In this document: positions 39,323 through 50,337 of the stretch, one piece after another | Layout: each line of letters begins with the position of its first letter | Position numbering within the stretch: position 1 is the first letter of the stretch | NCBI GenBank assembly: GCA_051362555.1 | Contig: CM120644.1 | Coordinates: 11,926,567-11,990,566 of the forward strand | Reading direction: 5' to 3' | Length of the DNA: 64,000 bases | Source: Lingula anatina | Taxonomy: Eukaryota; Animalia; Brachiopoda | Program-made: the position numbers and the translations under genes | Notes under the pieces: generated by a model | Told to the model about the DNA's origin: nothing | The model's database searches: none | Seen by the model: only the letters and a program-made list of their open reading frames with translations

Positions 39323-39522
39323 GTCACACGATCGTACAGAGGAAATGCTTGTACACCACCACAATGCAAAATGAGAAATGTAACGTCTACCAACAAGGAA
39401 ATCTGAAGGGTTACCAGTGTTACTGTAAGGGGGACCTATGTAATTCTGGAAGTCACATGACAACTAGCGTCGTCCTGATGACCATCATGTGCGGGATTAC
39501 TATATTGCTGCGATTGTTTTAA
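39323..39522 (+). CDS. Ly6 protein alternative terminal exon 3d (131-aa isoform; missed by the ORF track)
   Basis: Acceptor caatttttag, phase 1. (G)HTIVQRKCLYTTTMQNEKCNVYQQGNLKGYQCYCKGDLCNSGSHMTTSVVLMTIMCGITILLRLF*. AATAAA at 40627-40632 and a cluster at about 40969-41000. Confidence 0.9.
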
Positions 39523-40772
39523 TGCGGTTTTAATTTCATTTTTAGTTTGAAACAGAAATTTGTTTTTTATTTTCATGTCCTTTTTGAAACACACAACATT
39601 AACTTTGGCAACTGCACAAAGTTGAGTGGAGGTAACTATTGCCACTATTTGGATATGATACTCCTCGATTTTGACAAAAGTATTTCACTACATAAAATGG
39701 TGTGATGTTACAAGTTTTAATAAGCTAGTCAGTTATGGCTTACATTTGTTATTTTTCCTCTGATAGGCTACGACCTGTCATCCAAATCTTGCTCAATGCT
39801 CGAAGGATTAATAGAGTTATTTCAACATTTTAATGATTTTATGGGATCAACTATGCAACGGCAAGTATATCGTTTATATTGACACATATTTTTAGACATT
39901 TGCGCAATAATTAATGTGAACCTTTTAAGGATGGCGGCTTATTTCAGAATGAAGAATGTATCATCCCTCTCTGATATTTCCGTTATCATTTATAAATGCA
40001 AATATCCGCCCAAGGGGATTATGTTATATTGACAACAAACATTTAAAAGCACAGTGGTGTTTGTATAGCTTTTTGTGCGTAAACATATGGGAATAACTAG
40101 AAGTTAATTTTTACTTACATCAAATGATATATTGATGAATAGATACATATTTACTCCAGGTAGCTAGTTAAGCCTACGACAACTTTATAACTTAACCTTA
40201 ATGATTTGCACCTGATGTATTTTATTGATATATGCTTAGAGGGGCTTCACAAAACCCATGTCTTCCATTCGTGAATAAGCAAGGATTGTAATCTGTTTAT
40301 CGTCAACCCATTTCAACATTTCAGATAGGTATAGAGACACTATCAAATCAGCTGTTCTTGTTTTCTTTTGTGCGCCCTAATGATCACTAATCTATGCAAG
40401 GTTTGAAGGATAGGATTTTATACCTATTTTTAAGTTTTAAGATATACACATACAACGTAATAGTTTTTGCACGAAATAATGTTCAATTGTATACACGGTA
40501 GTGTAGCGGCAGGAGAAAGGTGTTTAGTGTTTTATTCAAGTGACAGTTTTAGAGACGCATATTTAGGGAAATATTTTAACGAAAATCGCAACAATCTTTG
40601 TCTTCCAGTTGTTGTACATAGATTTGAATAAACATTCAATGCTAATGAATTATATTTCAATATTCAAGATTTAGTGTTGTCACTTAAAATGGATATCAAC
40701 GGAATTCCTTATTTCAATTGGTTTCTCACAATGTCAGGCCTGTATCCAACATAAACAATTGAGTGCGGGCTC

Positions 40773-40803
<31 letters not shown>

Positions 40804-40814
40804 ACAAAAAAAAG

Positions 40815-40854
40815 ATGGAGTAGGATTCAGTCTCGTGACTGAATCCTACTCCAT
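40815..40854. repeat. Perfect hairpin, 18-bp arms with a 4-nt loop
   Basis: ATGGAGTAGGATTCAGTC-TCGT-GACTGAATCCTACTCCAT. Confidence 0.9.
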
Positions 40855-41674
40855 GCCAGAGACGTTGGTCGTTGGGTTTCAATTGTAAATAATGTTCAAA
40901 AGAGATAGAGTTTCGGTATTGTTTTATTGTAATTAATAGTAAGGAAGACCGTGCCTTGCTTCACAGCAAAATAAATAAATAAATTATAAATAAATAAAAA
41001 ATAATGAGTTTGATCAAATTGTCATAACTGTAAGCGAGTGCGGTAAACCATAACATTTAACGTTTATTTTGATGACTACGCTTTATTTATTGGAACAACC
41101 AAAAAATCTTTTAAGGCTCTACCAGTAAGCCCTTCAACAAACTTAATCACACAAAGGAAGCACGGACATTATTGTTAATTGTGAAATTTCGCCGTTCCTC
41201 ATTTGTTTGACAAAAAAAAAAAAAAGAAAAAAGAAAAAAAAACAAAAACAAAGCACTATATGCTATCTGGATCTTGCAGATCGTTTTCATTCTGGTGTTT
41301 GATCACCATAGCATAGCAACTAGATAAATCTCACTATTTTTCCTTTTACATCACATATTGGAATGTGTAACAAAAACCATTTAAACAAAAAATTAACGTT
41401 AAGTTAAAATAAAAATTACCCTGAGTAAGTGGTAAAAAGTACCGGTGCAATTTAATGAGCTCATTTTATCCCTTCTGACGCCTTTTATATTAGTTTTTCG
41501 GGTCTACACTGACGCCTCCATTGAATCAGGCTTACGTTAGTTGACCAAGCAATGCGTAGTGCGGTTTAAGCTGTATAGAGAAACGCCTTTTGAACAACAT
41601 GATCCATTTCGCAGACTTTTGGTTGAGACTGGCAAGGGACTGCCGCCTTCATAAGACCTTGACCTTCGTTTGTC

Positions 41675-44600
41675 CTAAACCCATGTCACCCAAAGTTGAT
41701 TTCGTTTCTCTGGAACCTCTTCGGCTTCAAAACATTTCCCAGAGCATGACGGCACTTTTCGTTCGTTTTCGACAGTTGAACCGTAATCAGGAGGTTTTTG
41801 ATCATTTTCCACGTGTCCATTTGATTTCTTTGGTGTCATCTCGTCACTGGTAGCATCGACACCTGAAGAGGGTACCAAGTCAGGAGCAGACGATTTATGT
41901 ACCCGAGCGTTATTAATAATTTCAGGAATCTCTTGTTCTTTTGGATTCCTCATAACGATAGAGAGAACTACCGGAAGCACAATTAAACCATGCCCCGCCC
42001 CCAGGACGACAACCAATAAAATCATTTTAAAGAAGGTGCGCATTAGATAAGCGTTGGATGCGCTCAAAACAATCACTGCAAGAATCGTCGATATTGCACC
42101 TTGGGTAATTGGAAGGCCAAGAAAATACATGGCTTTCCTTGTTTTTAATTTCCTACTTCCCTCCGCACTGACAAAAACATATGCCATATGTGCCGAAAAA
42201 TCTATAGAGAAACCGATGCATATGATCAAATTTATCATTGTTGTGTAATCCAAACGAACGTCCCATAGAGTTACGTAACCAATGACGCCCACCTCGATGG
42301 AAGCCACGGACAGTGCAACCCAGAAGGAGCTGATTGGATTAGGGATAAATAATAAGGAGACCAATAACATCGCTCCCCACGCGATTCCCAGATTCATGAG
42401 CGTGTTTGGAATGACGGAGAGATACTGGTCGTAGTAAATGAAAGCTGGATGATAAACGGTGACAGACAAGTTGCTTTTTTCGGCTATATTCCTGGCAAGT
42501 TCCATCATCCTCCTTTCTCTGATGGAAGAGTTGATATTTATGGCCTGTATGAAGAAACGTGTGGCGATGATGTCCGTACCTTTTTTGGCATCGAATACTA
42601 CATCTTGTTTGTAACGTTCTTCCATGGAAAAATACCTATTTTTCAACAAATTTGTGAAGGCACCGCTGCTAGTGTTTTTGGTAAAATTTGGAGCCAATTT
42701 TAAAAATCCCCACAGCCAACATTCAGAATTTTTCTCATCAAAAAAGTCAGAATGGCTCAGAAAGTCATCAAACAGGCTACGATAATCTCTTTGAATGGCC
42801 GGTTCCCAGTAGTTCATTTTCTCCTCAATGATGATTTGTATCTTTGGCCCAAAATGACTGAAGAATTCTTCTTCGGACTCGTAGAACACAACCGTTTGAG
42901 AATCGTCTGCCGCGAATGTTTTGAACTCTATTCCTTCCTTTACTTTGGTACATCCCCATATTGCTCCAGTCAAATATGCGCCATAGCACAGTAAAACTAT
43001 GATTTTCGTAGGAGTGAAAGATATCAGTTTAGCGTAATAGTCACGGAAGAACATCATGAGGAAATGTGGATTGAGGTCGTCTCTTTCACGAACTACCTTT
43101 GGTGTTCCGCTTGCGCAGAAGAACCAGTAAGCTTTATTTTGCTTTCCTGGAATGGAGAAACACAGGAAATTTAAACTGGGTGCTGAAAACTTTTCAATTT
43201 CATTGTTGGAATCAAGAGGTCTAATTTACATGTAATCAGCTACGGTAAACATAGTTAAACTAAGCATTCCCCCAAAATATATGCAAACTTTTTCTACTTT
43301 TCCCAATATAATTTAACATAATATTCCAGGAAAACTTTTTTATTAAAATTATTTCTAGCCTTGATCACAAGAATAGTTGCCACAGTTTGCTCTGGTTGGG
43401 GCATTATCAAGAGCACGAAAGCTACGGCTGTATGCGCGATTTGACACAATAACATCTGTCATACATATATTTTCATATATCAAACAAACACACGTTGAGC
43501 AGTTTCATTAGTTACGTGTTTTTTAATAAGCAAATTAAGTTTCAATTTGTCAATAACTAAAGAAAATTTAACTGAGATTTACAAGCAAATATTTCGTCTC
43601 CCAACAGGAAAACTTCTACTTCATAACTATAATACCTATAGGTGGCAATACCTATCACAGCCCTCATTTCCGTGACAGTTACTTTTTCTATAGCTATTTA
43701 CAAATGAAACTTTATTTGTTTATGGAACAAACACAAATTCCTTACCTGTCGTTCCTCTTGGCTTTACTTTGTTAAAAGTCAGGCAGTGTCTGCTGGCATT
43801 CTCACGATGCCCAGTGATGACCATGCACGCGCCAAAGAAGGTCAGTTGGTAGAGGTATGTGAAAAGAACTGCGACTCCTGATAAAAAAAGATAATCTGAG
43901 TCTCTTCAGGTTCTTGTAGGTTTTTTTTTTAATCTAAGAAAACATACATCAAGGGTATAGCCTATAGGCACTGTCGTTAATTGAAGTTAACGTAAATATT
44001 TCTTAATGATAAAAATTGGCGGACTTTAAAATTGAATGTGACTTTGCTAAAATGAACCATAAACTCTTTGTCCTTGGTTTCACTTTTATTTGCAATGCAA
44101 CGCAATCATTACGGTAAATATAAAGCTAACGACATGCCAATGTCATTTACCCGAGTACAAACAGAAAACTTTCACCGAAGGAAAATCGGTCGAAGCGCCA
44201 ATGGCAAAAGAAATAACGTCAGTTACGGTTGTTATGGTGATGGAAATGGCGGCATCTGCGTACGTCAGTCCAAGACGCTCCTCCACGGATTCCCTTGGGT
44301 CCGTCTGCCGCCAGGTGGCTATCATGATATACATATTGTCCACTCCAGTCCCTACGTGAAACAATGTGATTCTTTGAGAAGGACCTCAACCTAGTAGGTG
44401 TTAACGCCACTTATTTAAGATACTCTATGACATTTATTGCATTCTGGACTTTTTTTAAAGACCTAGATCTAGAAGAAATTTATTCAGTTAAAAGTCGAAC
44501 GAAACATAGGTTTTTGAATTTTCTGTAAATCATGTCATAAGGACTTTATACTATTACATCTAACAAACAACTTATGTAGAAGTGTAATAAAACAGAAGAA

Positions 44601-46633
44601 TTGCAATGCATTGCGCAAGCAATTTAAAATTAAGGAAGAGCGTCGTCATTTGGAGGAGGAGGGAGGGGCAGAGAGAGACTTGCGTCTAAAGATACGCATC
44701 GTGTTTTTTATTAACTTACCCAGCACGAGAAAGGGCATGGAGGCCACAATATCGTTGAAAGGCACGCCGATATACATGAACAGGCCAAAGGTGGACAGTA
44801 CTGCCAGACCCGCACACATCACACCCAGCAGCCCCAGCCATGGTTTGCTACGAACCCAGTCCTGAAAGAAGCAGACGACAAATGTATCTAAATGTAGGAA
44901 CCATGGAACAATGTTATTTCGTTGGTGTGAATTAGGCTAAGTAAATCTTGCTTTTCGCGCATACAGCGCTATTCTGGATCACTTATCGAATTGCACGCGA
45001 CATTTGACGTCATATGGGTAACACCTGACGGTAATTGACGTCATATGGGTAACACCTGACGGTAACTGACGTCATTGGGGTAATACCTGATGATAAATCG
45101 ACCACGCTGTAGGACGTGCTGTTATAGAAATTTGGAGGGGGTTCCACAGCGCTGGGAATGGGCAATGACAAATAGCGCGGTGTAACTAATGGCTGATTAA
45201 TTTCAGTGCGGAGCGTAAATGCAAGAAAAACTAATTGACTAATTTAATTAAGAGAAAATGAAAAGAAAAGAAGAAAACGAAATATAATTTGGGTTGAAAA
45301 TCTCATTTTTTAGATGGAATGTATGCGTAGCCGATCGGGGGTAGGGTCACTCTCCAGTCCCCCATTTCATTTTGTGGATTAGCCAATGTGCGTCTAATAC
45401 CAATTTTAAAAGAGCTATCCACATCACAGAGCACTGTATAGATATATTGATTATATTATTAACATTAGGATGCAAAAAACAACGATTATTGATTGTTTCG
45501 AAAGTCTTAAATAAACAACGATGCGTCTACTCATGCTTAGCGCTGTTAAAAGTGATAATGGTGGACCGACTTCCAAGGCGATGAACTAGTAATCCCCGGA
45601 TAATTTTTGCACTAAAAGCCAAGTGCCCATCGTACGCAGGAAAAATAAGAGTTTTCTCTTTTTTCTTTTTTGATACATCTTGAATCCGCCAGTGCTGCTT
45701 TTTTACCAATTGATACAAATTCGCCAATGAAAATACCTGCGTCATGCTGGAGAGCATAGAGAACGCAATCAACAGTACAATGGTGATGCGGAACAGCGGC
45801 AGTATCTGCTCTCTATTGTGCTCCAGCTCCGTCTCCAGGGTATGTGACGTAAAATAAGTTATATCGATTCTGGACAGATTCCACCAGCTAATGCCGAGCG
45901 TCAGCTGCTTCTCCCACGTTTTCCCCAGCTTCGGGTTCAGGTCTTCATTGAGGTAGTACACTAACTGAGCTGCAGCGCTCGATATTATGGAGCCGCCGGC
46001 ATCCAGCCTAATCCCTCCTAATGAGTTGCCTAAGAATAGCGGCCGCCTTTCGGTGTGGTATATTGTAGAACCGTTCGGCAGTGTCACATGGTGCGTTGCC
46101 GTGATTTGGTGAAACGGATAGGAGAGTCTTGTTCGATCGATGTTGGATGAATTGTACCCAATAGCGTAAAGAAGTGGGTTCGTTTCTACGCACTTGCCTT
46201 TCCATTTGGCACATAGGTCTTGAAATTTGTATTTCTGTTCGTCATTCCCATACACAGTGAAATTGAAAACTTGGTTGTGAACCTCCAATATCTCCTCCAA
46301 AATGCCTCGATCTAGTATGTTCGTTTTACCTTTGGGTGTTATAATAAACCTCACATAGAGGCCGGCTTCGGTGTTTCTGACTGGGTCGAAATCTTCCGTT
46401 CTGGGAAACAGTCTCCGCGCCGTGTCTCGCTCCGCCTTTGCCCTACCGTGTTCCGGCGTAAACAAATATTCCACGTCCAAAATTTGCTGGAATCTATAAA
46501 AACCCGTCCCAAGAATCCCAGTCACCAGAAGGGGGCCAAAGAACAGGAGCAGGGGGTGCCGTGCCACAAAACGACCCAGTCGCGCAAACAAGATGCTCAA
46601 CGGTTTGTCGATGCAGGTCCATTCGCAGCGCAT
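41675..46633 (-). CDS. PTCHD3: Patched-domain (patched-related, PTCHD3-like) sterol-sensing RND-type membrane protein, 5 coding exons, 947 aa
   Basis: Exons 46633-45737, 44861-44720, 44351-44151, 43877-43746 and 43146-41675. All introns are GT-AG and phases fit (total 2844 nt). Motifs: EYLFTP, DLCAKW, DWVRSKPWLG, MPFLVLG, SITITTVTD, SASNAYLMRTFFK, IGFSIDFSAH, GAGHGLIVLPVVLS. An in-frame stop lies upstream of the ATG. The symbol indicates family resemblance, not proven orthology. Confidence 0.93.
45003..45095. repeat. 31-bp tandem repeat x3, each unit with a perfect CRE, in PTCHD3-like intron 1
   Basis: Unit TGACGTCATATGGGTAACACCTGACGGTAAT; TGACGTCA at 45005, 45036 and 45067. Confidence 0.9.
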
Positions 46634-47140
46634 GTTCGCCTTCTCCCGGTGGTTCGCCCTGCCCTTTCCGCCTGGCGATGGGGTTCAGTGATGTTCAGGA
46701 ACGGTTCCTCTTGGACGACTGAACTACTGAAACGTCATGAACCGCAGAGTGGATGATGAGCCTCATAATGCAAGGGCTGGTAACGGTGAATCAATGATAC
46801 GGCAAATGGGGCTTTTGAGAAGGTGCCAGAAGGATCGACGGAGGCAGGGAGGATAGCATTACGTACACGTATAGAATTCTGCGAACTGATCTTATACTGA
46901 TCTCTTAATTAACCCCTTTTTTATTTTAAAAGAATATATGTTTCATGGACAGACTAATCAAAACCAAGTTAAAAATCCTAGCCGAACAAAAACTTTTTAC
47001 ATTTTAAATATTAAAATATTCATAAGATATGGTATTATGAATTATAAATCGATTTAAAACATCACAAAAGTTGCAAAAACCTTTTATAGCCATGATGTCA
47101 TTAATGCATTGGTCCATTTCTCCTTCCCTTCCCTCCCCTT

Positions 47141-47157
47141 TGGCACCCTCTAGTGTA
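47141..47157 (-). promoter_or_regulatory. CTCF-like motif between the NOSTRIN-like 3' end and the PTCHD3-like start
   Basis: Reverse strand ACACTAGAGGGTGCCA resembles the CCACTAGAGGGCGC core. Motif match only. Confidence 0.3.
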
Positions 47158-48357
47158 CGACACCGGTCATACTCAACTAAGGGGAAAATCTATGGCCAGC
47201 TGAGGTCCTTGTATTCATTTGGCAACCATGTTTTTCGAGCGAATCATGGGTGGGATTTATTTTTCTATTGTGATTATCATGTTTACTGATCATAAACGCA
47301 GTAACATCATCCACGTCAAACTAAAAACATAAATATTGTAACATATTGGTGAAATGACTCAGTACGTGCAATTTGTTTCAATAAAGTCATTTTTATTATG
47401 ATATTTTTCACATTCGTCATTATCTTTCACGGAGTATAATGCTTTGATCATTATGCTGTCATATGCGATCATGGACAGATTCAGGGGGTGGGGTCTCCCC
47501 CCGTTTCAAAAAGTCTTTCCATCCCTCCCCCCCTTCCCCCCCGGGACCCGAACATTCGAAAAGATAATTTACAACTCATGCAGAGGTCTATGAAACCATT
47601 TTTTTATGCATCAAAGTATTTTTTTTTGTTTGTTTTTGGGGAGATGGGGGTGGGGGTGGTGGTGAATATGGACCAATTTTCTTGAGCTCAATCTCCATCA
47701 AATATTGGATATGCAGCCAGCGTGAGTAAATATCATTCAGCATGTGACGAGGTCCCAGCGCACGTTACCGGCGAATGATCGACTGAAAAGTTTTCCAGTT
47801 GTCGTTTTCTCCGTTTGATTGTGCTCGTCACTATACACAATTGAGGATCTGATAATATTATCGGTTTTACCAGTGTCCCAAATCACGAATTATCTAACAC
47901 AATTGTTAATTTACCTTTTTGTCATGACGTCTGAAAGTGTACGAGGACTTTTTGAAAATGTCTCAATTTTTCTCCACTTTTAAGGCACAATAAAACAGCC
48001 ATTTTTTATAAAAGGAAAGTTTTTTTTAAAAAGACTTCAGAAAAAAGACTAAAACAACATTTCAAATGTTTTTATTAATTTTTCTAAGCACAGTCTTCCA
48101 GACTGTCATATACATGTGTTTGCAGATTTACAACAAAACATTAACAAATCTTCTCGAATAAATATCTACAAACCGAAATATTTGTGGGATCGAGTACGAT
48201 ATATACACTTTTTGCCATAGTTAATTTTATTCTACCTTGCATGGAATCACCTTGTTTGTCACTCCTACAACAAACAGTTATCACTTAGTATCATGTAAGG
48301 TGTTACTTATTCAATTTTATTTATGAACAATTTTATGTCATTGCACATCCGAATATA

Positions 48358-48399
<42 letters not shown>

Positions 48400-50123
48400 A
48401 TTTATGACGATTAAAAAATCTCGACACATTTTAATCTACTTTCATCTAACATCCACCTGGAATCACTAGGAGTTTCAGAGTTTTTTTTTTTAAGAAACTC
48501 ATCTCAAATGCTACAGTTTATCATTGAGGAGGTTCTGGCAAGCTAAGAAATCCCATTCCGACTCAAGTTTCAACAAAACTGGCTAGACCTTGGTCCTTAA
48601 ATCATGACTAGAGTGACATCTGGATTGATTTAAATTACTTGAGTATTTGCACTGCATATGTTGAGGTTATAACGTTGAATTTATGACTTCTACCCTCATC
48701 CATGGCCTTGCATTGAGACAGCACTACAATCCCGAAATGTGTAAACTTAGGAGAAACTTAAAAGCTGTTTTAATTCAAAACAAATTTATATTAACTCATC
48801 AAATATATCAAGGAAATGAATAATATAAAACTTCTGTTCAGAAAGTTAATAGGTGATTATGTGACATATTTATCACAATATATTTTTGAACATCATCTGA
48901 ACTCTAACTGAATATATTTCCAATAGTTACAATTGACATATGCTAGTGTACTTACAAAATGCTAAAAAATTTTAAGTAAAATTCATCACTCATAAAAATC
49001 TGTTTAACACAGTGTCCACAACTAAATGGAGCAGCCAACTTACATTAATGGTACCTATGGCATCTCTTTTACTCACAGAGACATTTCCTTGATATCAATG
49101 ATGAATACCAAACCCTAAATTCTTAACTGCTATCTGCTTATTCCAAGACTGGTGTGTTATTGCTAAGATTGATGACCATTTAATGTGGAGACTTACTTAT
49201 CAATCACTATCAGGTATAATATCAGACTACATGTAATATTAATACCAGAACACAATGATGAATCTGCACTGCCCTTAGCAAAACATTGCCGATATTCTTT
49301 ACGTTGTGAAATTCAACAACTTATTCACACATGATATGAAATAACACAATCCCAGAGTAAATATATTGCTTCCAATTAAGCCCTATGATGAGCTCTGTAT
49401 CTGTAGCAGTTATCTAGTTATTACAACAGCAGTACCTCACTACCATCAGCTATAGAATATATTTTACCAAGCGTCTTATTAGTGGATTTTTGGTTTCAGT
49501 GCACATTTTGTCCCCAAGACAGTAGATGTAAAAAGCTGAATACTCTCAGAGTGAGAACAAGAGGTTTTTCAAAGGACAGCCAAGATCTCATTGTTGACCA
49601 AAAATATGAATATAATGCCAACAGAAAACTATACTTTTTATATTCTTATCAATACCAACATTTCTCTACATTACTGAAAAGCATAAAATGTCAAATCACT
49701 TTTATCTTGCTTTGTGGCTCCATCTAGTAGTAAATCTGCAAAGTCACTTAATTATAGGCTATGCAGCTTTTGAGCAATATCAAAATAACCAAAAAGATAA
49801 TATAATGGAAAATAACAACCACTATAATATGATAAATTGAATGAAATACAATGATTTTTAATCAAAATATTTAGTAAGACATTCACAAATATTTGTTTCC
49901 ATAATGTATATGAAACACAAAATTGACTAACTTTTGACTAACTTTTTTCATTCTCCTGTCAATTTGAAATTAATAGTACAGAAGAAGGAAATATCTGCAT
50001 ATAATGGACTTGAGCGTTAAAACTAATTAAAAATACAATTATCCAGACATTTAGAGCCCAAATAAATGTCTAGTGAAAAATGTGCAAGTGTTGGCAGTTC
50101 GAAAACCTAACCATAAACTCTTA

Positions 50124-50337
50124 GGGCGTATTCCCAGACATTTAGATCGATCTATCCCCGTGGGGAGTCTCACTAGATTACTGTCAGATAATCTGGCTTA
50201 AATGTCCGTCCCCCCTACTACAAGCTGTAAGGATGTAATTAACTTTCGTGCCCGCTCGGCTGACAGCTATTTAGCATGAACCCCCAGGGAGTTAGGTCGA
50301 TCTAGTTTGGATCGATCTAATCTCTGGGAATGGGGTC
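50124..50337. mobile_element. MITE family A copy in the putative NOSTRIN-like 3'-UTR
   Basis: TTA|GGGCGTATTCCCAGACATTTAGATCGATC ... GGGAATGGGGTC|TTA. Confidence 0.9.

Noticed and set aside
33471-39522. Four separate tandem Ly6 genes, or ORF-track starts at 33471, 35684 and 37518
   Set aside because: The ORFs have no signal peptide or Cys1-5, homology begins right at phase-1 acceptors, and I found no extra exon 1/2 copies between them.
45527-45736. C-terminal extension of the 368-aa ORF
   Set aside because: It is read-through into intron 1. The donor CAG|gtattt at 45737/45736 joins in frame to DWVRSKPW.
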